From positions 62,001 to 126,000 of the forward strand of contig BAAIJX010000007.1 in NCBI GenBank assembly GCA_054600435.1: a DNA stretch of 64,000 nucleotides, given 5' to 3'. Under the pieces are notes generated by a model. That model was not told where the DNA came from, did not search any database, and saw nothing but the letters and a program-made list of their open reading frames with translations. A program made the translations under genes and the position numbers. The stretch's first letter is position 1; each line of letters begins with the position of its first letter. Source of the DNA: Neophaeotheca triangularis (taxonomy: Eukaryota). This document shows, in pieces, positions 50,970 through 60,739 of the stretch.

Positions 50970-53408
50970 TATAGATCCGATTAAATTTGCCACATAAATA
51001 ATCGCTTATACGGAGTAGTAGACAAGGAAGCAACTAGCGGCGAGGACCTCCCTATATTTGTACATAGGATAGCCTCTTAATAGTGTCGTTTGACCGCCTC
51101 TACTTAGCGACTAGCTATCTAAGATTGTCTCACTTTATAACTTGCCTATTAGACGATATAACGCCTTCGATGTAAGCTTGCGTCCGAATCTACCGTGCTT
51201 TAACTTATAGGTCTTACTTCCGTTCGGCAAAATGATACTGTCGGCGATCATTTCGTTAACGAGTTTTGCTACCCCGGGGTTAGAAGACTAGGCTTCCTTC
51301 CCTTATAGTAAGTCATTTACTCCTGATTTAGAATCCGCGTTAGAAATGAATGTCTTTTTTCAGCTTTCTAGGATCTTGCCGCATATAGCCGGAAAACTCT
51401 AACAGTTGTTTAAGCTATATATGAGGACGTAGTAGCGTAGTGTCTATGTCGCTATTTGTAGGAATAGCTATTCCATTACTTACGAGTATCTATAACGCCC
51501 TCTTCCTAAGTTAAAAGCTCCTCCCGCCTCCCCTTCGACAAGATAGCTAGGGACTTGAATTAGTTAGCACGGATAGTAGGGGTTTTTCGCGGCATCCTTT
51601 ACGAAGGAGACATCTTCGCGGCTCTTCACTAGTCACCTTACATAGTGCGATCGTTCGAGTTTGCCCTTACTAATGGCGTAGTAGACTACGATCACGAATT
51701 TGACGTAACGGAAAGCTATATAGACAGATTCTAGGCTATACACACAAGACGTATCGCGATAACCGAACGGCACACGTTATTACTCTTCGACGTAAAAGCA
51801 TCTCTTAGGGGCGCTACCGGCGATTAACACCGGATTACTACCGCTACTTAGGTAAAGGTAGTAGCTTTCTTCGTTAGACTCTACGTAGCTAATCTAACGT
51901 ACGTGGAGCTAATACCTAATTTCCGCCAGGATACTAGAGTAGCCCTCCGGATGTCACTAATAGAGGCTATAGTTACGCTCGTAGTGAATATTACAAGACA
52001 ATGTAGGCTACTTCTAAGTTCGTATAGCGGACTTAACTAATGCATAGCACCTTACCGTATGCCGCTAGCCCTCCTCTTAACAGCTATTAGTAGAGTAAGG
52101 GACGTGGCTCGGAACGGCGGGGTCTATATTAACCCGTAGACTAAAGTAGCATTTCCTAATTGGCATCCGGAGACGACAAAAGCCTTAGATTGGCTTCGGC
52201 CTTACGAGTAGTTAGCTTAATTCACGGCGAGTAGAGCTGTGTTAGAAATTTATCGCGTAGTTACATTCTTCTATGCCCTAAGTAGACAGGGCTTTCTAAA
52301 GGTCGACTTTATCGGCATATAGCCCTACCTTGCCGATCTTAAGGTCATTCTTAAGGATCGGCAAGTGTTTATATAGTACAAGATCGACTCACAATTACGT
52401 TCGGAAAGCTCGACGCCGTCGAGCGTTCTAGTCGCCCGACAGTTAAAAGGACGGATCAAGTATCATTTTTGCGCCTTCGATCGCTTCGACTTTTACCTAC
52501 TCGAATTCACATTTTCTAAGCATTAAGAGATATTGTTCTTCCTAGAAAGAATTTTGCTAGATGAAATGTACAGCACACTAGAAGAGCGTGCTAATTTCGA
52601 AATAGACCGCTTTCTCCCCTTTCGAATAGAAGTAGACGAAGAAGACAGGTAGATCTCTAGTATTCTACATATTATCGAAAACGACCCTTATCCTCGAGCA
52701 GTCGGCGAGCGACTACCCCGGATCAAGACGCCTTCTCCGTAAGACGTAGAGGCAACACAAGCAGTCTTACTATTAAACGAGATAGCTCTTAGACACCGGA
52801 TCTTCTTCTATAGTATTATGTGTCAATACGCCTAAAACCGCTCCGGCCTACTTATTATGCTTACGAGAGTATACCCATTCGGCGATTTCGGCTTTTACCG
52901 CTATACTTAGACTATATAAGAGGCATAAGATTACCTCGAGTACCTCCGCCCCCCCCGGACGGCTTATTAACTGCTAGTAGAGACGGAAATCCTCCCTATC
53001 TACTTTTTCACCTACCGTAGCGAAGCTTTCTTCTAAGGGCTAGAGGTAAGACCTGCCGACTTTCGCCGCTTAGATTCGTGTAGCGAAGCCCGTCTAACTG
53101 TTTAGGACCTATTTGGCGGTAACGCTACCCCCTCTACCGTCTAACTTTTCCTCATTCCTTTAGGTAACATCTTCCCGACGTCTATATAGCGCGAAATTTT
53201 CCTAAAGGCCTTAACTAGCACTAGTTGCTTCTAGGCGCGGACCCCTTGTCTTTTAGCACTACTTCGAATAGGATTATAGGCGTCTAAGTACTATTTACCT
53301 AGAGTAGATCGAGGGCCTTACATCTACGACACACGGAGCGAGCTACTATGGGGGCCTCCTTAGCGAATTTTGCAGCGCTTTATAGGACTTAAGCTTTTTA
53401 AGCACCCC
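50970..53408 (+). pseudogene. Protein with tandem PD-(D/E)XK-like nuclease motifs (paralog 2), running into the right repeat
   Basis: Single ~680-codon frame from ~51364: GILYEGDIFAALH (~51591), LLFDVKASL (~51780), *PYLADLKVIL…FI*YKID (~52320-52388), RFDFYLLEF, YPFGDFGFYRYT*T (~52872); two short upstream introns. Confidence 0.6.
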
Positions 53409-53776
53409 GTCGGTTTTAAGCGAGACCCGACGTAGTATCGGCATACACTGTGCTATGTGTATACTTAACTATTGTAGGAACATATCGAGTAGATGAAGAA
53501 GTAATTAAATTTGTAAGAAGAATAGATTTAGCGCCTTATTAACAAAAAACTGAATTGAAGGACATCATTTTATAGGTCTAGAAAAGGAATAGCAATGGTT
53601 CCGTACATGCCGTAATCTAACAAATTCTAGTTGTATCATATCCAACGTTCACTTAACACATTTTGGTTAGAACATAATCAATTTTGAATTTTGACACATA
53701 TGTGTGCGTGCGCAAAATTAAGCTTTGCGCCAAGCCCTACTTTGTAGGGGTAATTGACCAGATTACTGTAGGGGTG
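53409..53776 (+). repeat. Right copy (B) of the flanking direct repeat
   Basis: Aligns with 9815-10151; has ~35 extra nt near 53623-53660, several transversions, and RIP-type changes in its proximal part. Confidence 0.95.
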
Positions 53777-53875
53777 GTTGGCGCAATGGTAGCGCGTTGG
53801 TTTTCGGTCCACCGAAAGTATAACGGTACTTCTGTACTGCACCAAAGGTTGAGGGTTCGAGCCCCTTGCTGCTCG
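53772..53875 (+). tRNA. tRNA-Arg(TCG) with 32-nt intron (53808-53839)
   Basis: Cloverleaf: acceptor GGGTGGT/GCTGCTC, D arm GCGC-AATGGTA-GCGC, anticodon stem TTGGT/ACCAA, anticodon TCG at 53804-53806, intron after position 37 containing CCGAAA complementary to the anticodon loop, T arm GAGGG-TTCGAGC-CCCTT, G73, followed by T-runs. Confidence 0.92.
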
Positions 53876-53885
53876 CCATAATCTC

Positions 53886-53897
53886 TTTTTGTTTTTT
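53886..53897 (+). terminator. RNA polymerase III terminator (T-runs)
   Basis: TTTTTGTTTTTT about 10 nt after the tRNA 3' end. Confidence 0.75.
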
Positions 53898-54253
53898 CTT
53901 CTTTTCCGGATCGCATATGTGCCTATGCGAGGCACTATTTGCTTTTTGGCCTTCTTGGTGTTGCATTGTGAGTTTTTGAGAGTTAATGACCTTTTTTACG
54001 ACGGGAGGACTCGAGGTCTAGCACACCTACGATCACGAGATCTAGGTAGCGCTCTAGAACATTTACCGCTTCCACTCACCATCAGTTATCTCATTTCAAG
54101 ACTTGCTGACCATGTAGCATTCAATAGACGTCAAAGGCATCAGGTCTATTAATATCACTTACTCGTCGATTTCCCCCGCGTATCCCTCGGCGAAAGACTA
54201 TATACATTGCTCCCCGTGGACCAGTAATAAACCAGCACTGTTGTTGTTGGCTT

Positions 54254-54530
54254 GAGTAGAGGAGGCAGGGGGTGGTGTGGGATAAAGGATTAACTACTCA
54301 AACCAACAACAATTCCCCCAAAACGCCAGAATTTGCGACACTAGAGCAGATATCTCACGAGAAAGTCCAAATCTGCCCAGCGTTCATTCGCTCCTCCCTG
54401 CTCAATGGATCCCTATCAACCTAAGCGAGTACTTGCTCTAATGTCGCAAATTCTGGCGTTGTGGGGGAAGTGTTGTTGGCTTGAGTAATCAATCATCCCA
54501 TCCCACACCACCCCTTGCCTCCTCCGACTC
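54254..54530. repeat. Imperfect ~100-bp inverted repeat downstream of the PP2C stop codon
   Basis: 54254-54356 pairs with 54427-54530 (e.g. AACGCCAGAATTTGCGACA / TGTCGCAAATTCTGGCGTT; GGAGGCA.GGGGTGGTGTGGGAT / ATCCCACACCACCCC.TGCCTCC). Confidence 0.9.
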
Positions 54531-54541
54531 CACACCGCACC

Positions 54542-56242
54542 CTATCTCCTCCGACTCCTCGGATCACTAGCCTCATTTCTCCGCCACTCCCTCAACTCCC
54601 TCGTCCCCAAAGCGCCCTCTCCACCTTCACCCCTCCTCTCCCACCCCCCCAATCTAACCACTAAAGCCGTAGCATTATCCCCGCTTTCCCCAACTTCAGT
54701 CGCAAAACCCACGAGCGCCCTGCCCGCCTCCTCCGGCGTTCTGGCCTCCTTGACCACATCCACGACTTCCTGGTCGCTGAGTTCCGCCGCAACACCGTCG
54801 GACATGAGAACCAAGAACGAGTACTCAGCCGCTTTGAGCTGCGTGGTGACGATTTGCGGTTCAGCGCTGACGCCTATGCGCTTGCTGGCAATGTCGCCAA
54901 AAGAGCGGGTGTTGGCGAGACCTAGCACACGTTCTTCGCCGAAAGAATCGGTGACGAAGGAGGCGGCGTAGCGGCGGAGGCGGTTGGCTTCGACGGGGGT
55001 TGAGGGGTGGTGGTTGACTGTTAAAGGGACAGCAGCACCGTCTGAGGTGCGGCATAACAGGATGCGCGTGTCGCCGACATGGGCGGTTAAAAGGGTTGAT
55101 GGGGAGGCGGGGTGCCAAAAGGGGGTTGGGGTGGCGGTGCTGATAAGGGCTACTGAGGCTGTTGAGCCGCCTTTGAAGCGGGTGTTGCCGCCGATGGGAG
55201 CGCTGAGATCAGGTGTCTGGCTAGAAGAGGGGTGTTTGGGGTGGGCGCGAAGGTTTTGGGAAGCCGGTCGGTCGGGGTGAAAGAGGAGGTCGTTTTCGTT
55301 GAGGGGTTTGTCCGAGAGGACGGGGTCGTCGACGGAAGTTTTGGGGGTGGATGGTTGAGTGTGTTTGGCTGCTTGGGCGGCGGTAAAGTCGAGATCCGCT
55401 TTGAGGAAGGCGTAGCTGAGGATCGTCTCAATGGAACTGTTGTTGGCGGTTTCTGGGAGATCTTCGACATCTCGAGAGGCTGCGACGGCGGGGAAGAATT
55501 CAGGCTTGAAGCGTTTGAAGTAGCCGCCTACGGTTTCGCGCCAGCTGCTTACCAGGGATTTTTGCAAGTCTTCTGCATCCATTTCTCCCATGATTCCGCC
55601 TTCGCTGTCCAGTTCTCCGGCGTCCTGTGTCCCGCCTTGAGGTTGGAGAGAAGAAGTCATGCCGAACAAGAGGGCGGCTTCCTCCACATAACCGTGCAAC
55701 CTGTCTCTTAAGAACTCACTACACTCGGTCCCGCCATGTCCGTCAAAGACTCCAAAGTAGAAGACTTGAGGGTCGCCAGACTCGCTCTGCGCGGCATGTC
55801 CTTCTCCTGCGCCTTTTTTGGGTAGTTTCGAGGTCAAGCTCTGGGGTTGCCTCTGCGCAAAGGCGGGCATTTCAATGGTTCCAGCTTGGTATGTATCTTC
55901 ATTGTAAGGTCTGCTGCCCCTACTAACTCCAGCTCCGAAATGGTGTTTGGCGCTCTTGATGGGTATGCGAACAATGGTAGTGTCTCGGTTCGGTTGGGGG
56001 AATTGAGAGGGCGTGCGAGAGCCGGTATTGGAGGGTTGGCCATGCGGTTTGGATTCATCGCGAGGGAATTTGTGGTGTTGACCGGACGCTTTGTCGGGGG
56101 AGAGCGAAGAGGAAGGGAGGTGAGTGACGAAGTAGTCGTGAAAGGCTCGTCTTTGGGCGGGAGTGCGAGTGTGTGGGTTGATCTCTGTTAGAAACGTCCG
56201 CAAGGCTGCGGCGGTGTTGAAGGGAGCGCCCGGTTGCTTCAT
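54542..56242 (-). CDS. PP2C-family phosphatase, Ptc6-like (true start may be further upstream)
   Basis: RGSRPYNED, FGVFDGHGG, GGSTAS, AHVGDTR, LANTRSFGD, LVLMSDGV, GDNAT motifs. Confidence 0.93.
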   Translation of the reverse strand: MKQPGAPFNTAAALRTFLTEINPHTRTPAQRRAFHDYFVTHLPSSSLSPDKASGQHHKFPRDESKPHGQPSNTGSRTPSQFPQPNRDTTIVRIPIKSAKHHFGAGVSRGSRPYNEDTYQAGTIEMPAFAQRQPQSLTSKLPKKGAGEGHAAQSESGDPQVFYFGVFDGHGGTECSEFLRDRLHGYVEEAALLFGMTSSLQPQGGTQDAGELDSEGGIMGEMDAEDLQKSLVSSWRETVGGYFKRFKPEFFPAVAASRDVEDLPETANNSSIETILSYAFLKADLDFTAAQAAKHTQPSTPKTSVDDPVLSDKPLNENDLLFHPDRPASQNLRAHPKHPSSSQTPDLSAPIGGNTRFKGGSTASVALISTATPTPFWHPASPSTLLTAHVGDTRILLCRTSDGAAVPLTVNHHPSTPVEANRLRRYAASFVTDSFGEERVLGLANTRSFGDIASKRIGVSAEPQIVTTQLKAAEYSFLVLMSDGVAAELSDQEVVDVVKEARTPEEAGRALVGFATEVGESGDNATALVVRLGGWERRGEGGEGALGTRELREWRRNEASDPRSRRR

Positions 56243-56523
56243 GGTTGGTGGGAATGATTAGTAGGGAGGTGGCGGTGGAGAGGAAGGCAAGAATGCAGTG
56301 AGTTGGAAAAATATTTAAAGCATTGTCGCAGGGGAAGCGCAAAGGAGGTAGAATGAGCTAATCATCGGCCAGTGATGCAACTTGCGAGTGGTGTACAGTA
56401 GTAAGGTACTGTAGGTACTAAGGTAAGGTAGTTGGAGGTTGGAGGTGGGTGAAGTGCGGGCCAGCGGCGGGCCGATGGAAGAAGACTTCAAGGTTGGGAA
56501 GAGAACGAACCTCACCTCACCTC

Positions 56524-56558
56524 ACTACTACTACTACTACTACTACTACTAATACTAC
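56524..56558. repeat. (ACT)n microsatellite
   Basis: ACTACTACT… about 9 units plus a degenerate extension, intergenic. Confidence 0.9.
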
Positions 56559-57148
56559 TCCTCTAGGTACCTCCACTTCCCCTCTCACTAATATTTTCAA
56601 GACATATATGACTGGCAGACTGACGAGGAAATTCATCTTTACCTCATGTCGGATGGGGTTTCTACCATCCGTACCACTGCTCCATTCTCGAGTCGAGACA
56701 CATGTCCCGACTTCACCTCCATCCTGCACCAAAGCCAGCAGCCACCCCTCTCCAGTATGAAACACTTAACTTCTTTCCGCCAGTTCTACACTTTGAACTT
56801 CCCACATTCACTTCAAGTGGCATGCAAAGCTACTCAAGCTAGGTGTGAATCCTACTCAAGTCGTCAACAGCCTCCTTGTTATTGTCATCGTTTTCTCTCG
56901 CGTGACGCTGGCTTCTCGATGTGTTACTAGTTTCAGGACCACCTCGACCTTCAATTCTCCTCTTGAGCACAACCCTCCAACTCCAACATACTTTCGGCAC
57001 TCATCCCAACCATCGATCCATCGATTAACCAAGCCTTGACGACCAACGAACCCTAGCCCAAGACTGCGACAAGACCTCACCACCCAACAAACAATCCAGC
57101 ATACAACCCAACAACTAACCACCACAACAAGCACCGAAACCAGCCAAA

Positions 57149-57925
57149 ATGCTCCTCCTCACGCTCCTCCCAGCCCTCCTAACCCTCATAACCCTCCCCT
57201 TCCAAACAACCGCCCACATGCAACTCCACCATCCCGCCCCCTTCAACTCTACCTCCAACCCCCACCGCCTCACGCCCCCGGACCCCTACCTAACCCACCC
57301 CTACCACCCGCACCTCAACCCGTACCCGCTCCCCTGCCGCGGCTACCTGTCCCTCCTACACACCCCCGAAGGCGCGCCTACAGCCCACTGGCCCCAAACT
57401 TCGACTCAAAAGTTCTCCCTCTCAGGTAGCGGGAACCACTACGGTGGCAGTTGCCAGATCGGCTTCATCGACTTCCACACCCAGCGCACACAGTCCGACG
57501 AGCCGATCGTCAGAGTCGTGAGAAGTTACCAGGGCAACTGCCCCCACCGCCACGGCGGCATGGGACCCACGGGCCAGGAGTTCGAGTTTACCGTGCCCAG
57601 CGATCTGGAACCGGGGCTGGCAGTTTTCGTCTGGGCCTGGTGGAACCGCGAAGGCGAGGGGAATTGGAACTGCGCTCCCGTCGAAATCACTGCGCCCTCT
57701 GCTGCATCTCGTGCGCGCCTTTCCCGCTTTTCTGGCGCTGGGCCTGCTGCTGGAGATGTGCTTATCGCTGAACGCCCGGAGATGCTGAGGGCGGATGTCG
57801 GTGATGGTTGCGAAACGCCGCGTGGGACTGCGGAAGTCAGGTTTCCGCTGCCTGGGGACGATGTTTTGGGAGGGGATGGGGAGTATCCGCTTGAGTTGCC
57901 TATAGGGACTTGTAGAGGGTTATGA
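57149..57925 (+). CDS. Secreted AA11-like lytic polysaccharide monooxygenase homologue
   Basis: Signal peptide ending TTA followed by His (HMQLHHPAP), PCRGY, GNHYGGSCQ, VVRSYQGNCP, FVWAWWNRE…NCA, VRFPLPGDDV. Confidence 0.75.
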   Translation: MLLLTLLPALLTLITLPFQTTAHMQLHHPAPFNSTSNPHRLTPPDPYLTHPYHPHLNPYPLPCRGYLSLLHTPEGAPTAHWPQTSTQKFSLSGSGNHYGGSCQIGFIDFHTQRTQSDEPIVRVVRSYQGNCPHRHGGMGPTGQEFEFTVPSDLEPGLAVFVWAWWNREGEGNWNCAPVEITAPSAASRARLSRFSGAGPAAGDVLIAERPEMLRADVGDGCETPRGTAEVRFPLPGDDVLGGDGEYPLELPIGTCRGL

Positions 57926-58751
57926 GTGGAGGGAAACGGAGGGGGGGGAGGGGGTAGATTTGTGAAGGCTGGAATAGGGTTAAGGAAGGGGGGGAATGCA
58001 TTTGAGGAAGTGAAGCAAGGGTGTCGGAATCGATCCTGCGGTGCAGATCACGGGAAGGGTTGGGAATGCTGCTTCCGAAGTCAAAAGTTTTCTCTGCGTG
58101 AGGCGGTTTGAAGAGTTGAGATTGTTGTGCACCTGGAGAACTGAGGGACTGGCGGTCAACCGGGAGGAAGATCTGGAGTCTGGAGCACGACAACGAATTG
58201 GCGTGATGGAGCGTTCTCTGATCATCTTGAAAGTTTTGGCGTGACTTGCTGGCATCCCCGGGATGGCACACCAGGACAGCGCATAACTTGGTCGTGTACC
58301 CTTATCTAAGAGTACAGACTTTCGTCGATACCGCTCTCACACTGACCTAACCGATCATGTTCCAACCAACCACTGTCAGACGCAAGAAATCCTCGAGGTG
58401 ACTTCTTGTCAAATAGCAGTATCAAATAAGATCGCCGCGCTTGATATAGCCGCAGCACTATATTACATCCTTCCAACATTGGAATTTTGCCTGCTCCCTT
58501 GTTCCCGTGCAAGTTAGATGCACAAAGTCGCCTTTTGCATTCTGCCGCCTTGTAGTCCGACATTGTACAAGTCCGTCCTTCCCTCAACACCAAACTCCGC
58601 GCTTGTACCCAAAATTTACCGTGCAAGCAGATCTTTTGTCACCGTGCCTCCAATCGAGAAGAAAGATATTCTGAACCCATCAAGCGGTTGCCAATAATCC
58701 ATTCGCGATCTCTTGTACTATTCGCAAAGTCCGATGCAGCCCAAGCATGTT

Positions 58752-59751
58752 CTACTGCCTCCTCTCTTTCTCCGCCTTCCTCCTCTCTTTCCGATCCCCC
58801 TCCGCCAACCACTGCGCAGCTTTCCACAACTGCACGACGTTAATAATCTGCTTCGCAAACATGACCGGAAAGCTAGCGATGGTGAGAATCCACGGCAGCG
58901 TCGAGTCCATCTTGTTCGCTCGGGCCATTTCCATGGCGCCCGCCGAGAAGGGGGATTCAAAGAGCAGGCTCGGTTCTGGGGAAGCTGGGGAGCCCGGTTG
59001 GAGGGTCGTGGGCTGTTTGTTCGGGTCCGAGGGGAGGAGCATAGGGGTGATGTAGGGGGAGGAGAAGCAGAGGAGGTAGAGAGCGATGAAGAAGAGTTCG
59101 TTGAGGGCGCAGGTTACGAAGAGGACGGTCTGTGGGATTGGACGTCAGTTTGTGAGGGCTGCCTCTAGTCTTTAGGGATCGTCCTACCTTGCTAGTGTAA
59201 TAGATTTGCATGAGCCGTCCTGCCCTCGCCGTGACGTTCTTGTGACTCTCGCCTTGTCCACCCATTGCCAACGTGGCATACATGTGCAAGTAGTGCGAGG
59301 CAAAGTCCAAGCTGATGAGGATTTGAAATATCATACTCCATCGGGGTTTTGCGGTTGCGAGGAAGACTAGCAGGCAGGTGGTGGTGCAACGGTCGGTTAT
59401 CATGTCAAGGACAGCTCCAAAGCGAGTGGATTGCTTGAATTTGCGCGCGGCCCAGCCGTCGAGGGCGTCTAGCAAGCAGCTTATGGAGTAGAGGAAGCTG
59501 CATCGGCGGGGGTGGAGCGGCATGAAGTAGAGGGAGGCTAGGGCTAGGACGACACGGGCATAGCCTGGGGGTCGGGGATGTCAGTGATAATGCAATTGGG
59601 ATGTTATAGTGGGCGTAGATCTGCTCTTACCTATCAGGTTGGGAGCGAACAGGAAAATGCTTTCGTTTGTCTGCTCTTCCTCTTCCTCTTCTGGCCGAGC
59701 CATCTCAGGGGGGTGGCCGTTGGGCTGTCTCAATCTGACTTGCTCGGACAT
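58752..59751 (-). CDS. PIS1: Phosphatidylinositol synthase; exons 59751-59631, 59564-59188, 59129-58752
   Basis: Spliced product has IFLFAPNLIGYARV and the CDP-alcohol phosphotransferase motif DALDGWAARKFKQSTRFGAVLDMITDR; both introns GT-AG. Confidence 0.95.
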
Positions 59752-60739
59752 GTTGACAGGAGGTTTGGTGTGACCCTTTTCGATTGCGGCTTGCGTTGTC
59801 TGGTGGAAGATGTGCTTGAGAGTTTCGGCTGTACCTATTCGATGGCTCTTTCTTGTGGTACGAAAGGATATATGGCTGTTGTTGCTGCCTACGCAGTGAA
59901 AAGTTTGATCGGGGCAGCCGGGTTCGTGCAGGATTGATGGATCAGCTCTGGATGATAATGTTGCGCAGAGTGTTGAACTTGTCGCAATGGCTAGTCGGAG
60001 GGGTGATGAAGAGGTCGGCGACAGCGAGTTTGATCGAGTACAGGGGTGCGAATGTAGTTGGCCGGTACGGTACCTGGGTAAAGGTAGAATGAGAGGAGGG
60101 GAAGGATCAAGACTGCTGACTGATGCTGATAGCAGCGTAAAAGGTATCTTGAAAGGTACCTCACCTAGCTCGTCACCAACATCTTCTCATCACGCGTCTC
60201 GCTGGGCACATCGGAGCTTGTCGAGGCCGACACCGACCACCACCGACGACCTGACCTTTCCTTTGGTCTACCTCCTATCTTACTATTCCATGCCACATCT
60301 CACACACCACCGTGGCGTCGTAGACCTCCAGCTATACTAACATCGCACGCTTTGTCGGTCATCACATGGCAAACCGTTAGGATGCAGCCCTACGAGAGCA
60401 TCCAATGCCACAGTCTAGACCCCCGAGGGCATCTTGTAAGTTCCCGTCGTTTCGGCATGATGAACCGCTTTACGACGTCATATGGGAAACCATTCGATTG
60501 AGCGCGGGTCACGGTTGATGCTTCAACAAGTAGGCCTTGATGAAGACCATGAAAACCTCTTCAACAGTAGAATAAGCACAAACAAACGCATTTGCCTCAT
60601 CACCTTTCACCCCTCGATACAGCGATTAATCCGCCACTCGATGCCGCCGACCTAAACCTCCAATTGAATTACTCCCTTAACCCTAACTAAAACAATCCTA
60701 CCCCCGACCCCCGTCCCGATAACAAACCAAGCACCCACC

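Larger units (their letters stand above)
10152..53776. mobile_element. ~43.6 kb RIP-inactivated giant insertion at the 5' end of tRNA-Arg(TCG); unclassified
   Basis: Sharp switch to TpA-rich, CpA/TpG-poor sequence with collapse of ORFs; flanked by direct repeats ending in the tRNA 5' end; many decayed genes inside. The crossover could lie anywhere in the shared repeat, so the ends are nominal. Confidence 0.85.

Noticed and set aside
10152..53776. Calling the island a Starship
   Set aside because: No DUF3435 tyrosine recombinase recognised at either end and the boundary repeat is hundreds of bp; not fully excluded without an HMM search on de-RIP'd sequence.
10152..53776. Nested LTR/LINE retrotransposon cluster or centromere
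   Set aside because: No gag, RT (YxDD), RNase H or integrase motifs or LTR pairs seen; content is decayed cellular-type genes with defined ends. Centromere function cannot be judged from sequence.
53876..53878. Genome-encoded CCA after the tRNA discriminator
   Set aside because: Three-base match easily arises by chance; eukaryotic CCA is added post-transcriptionally.
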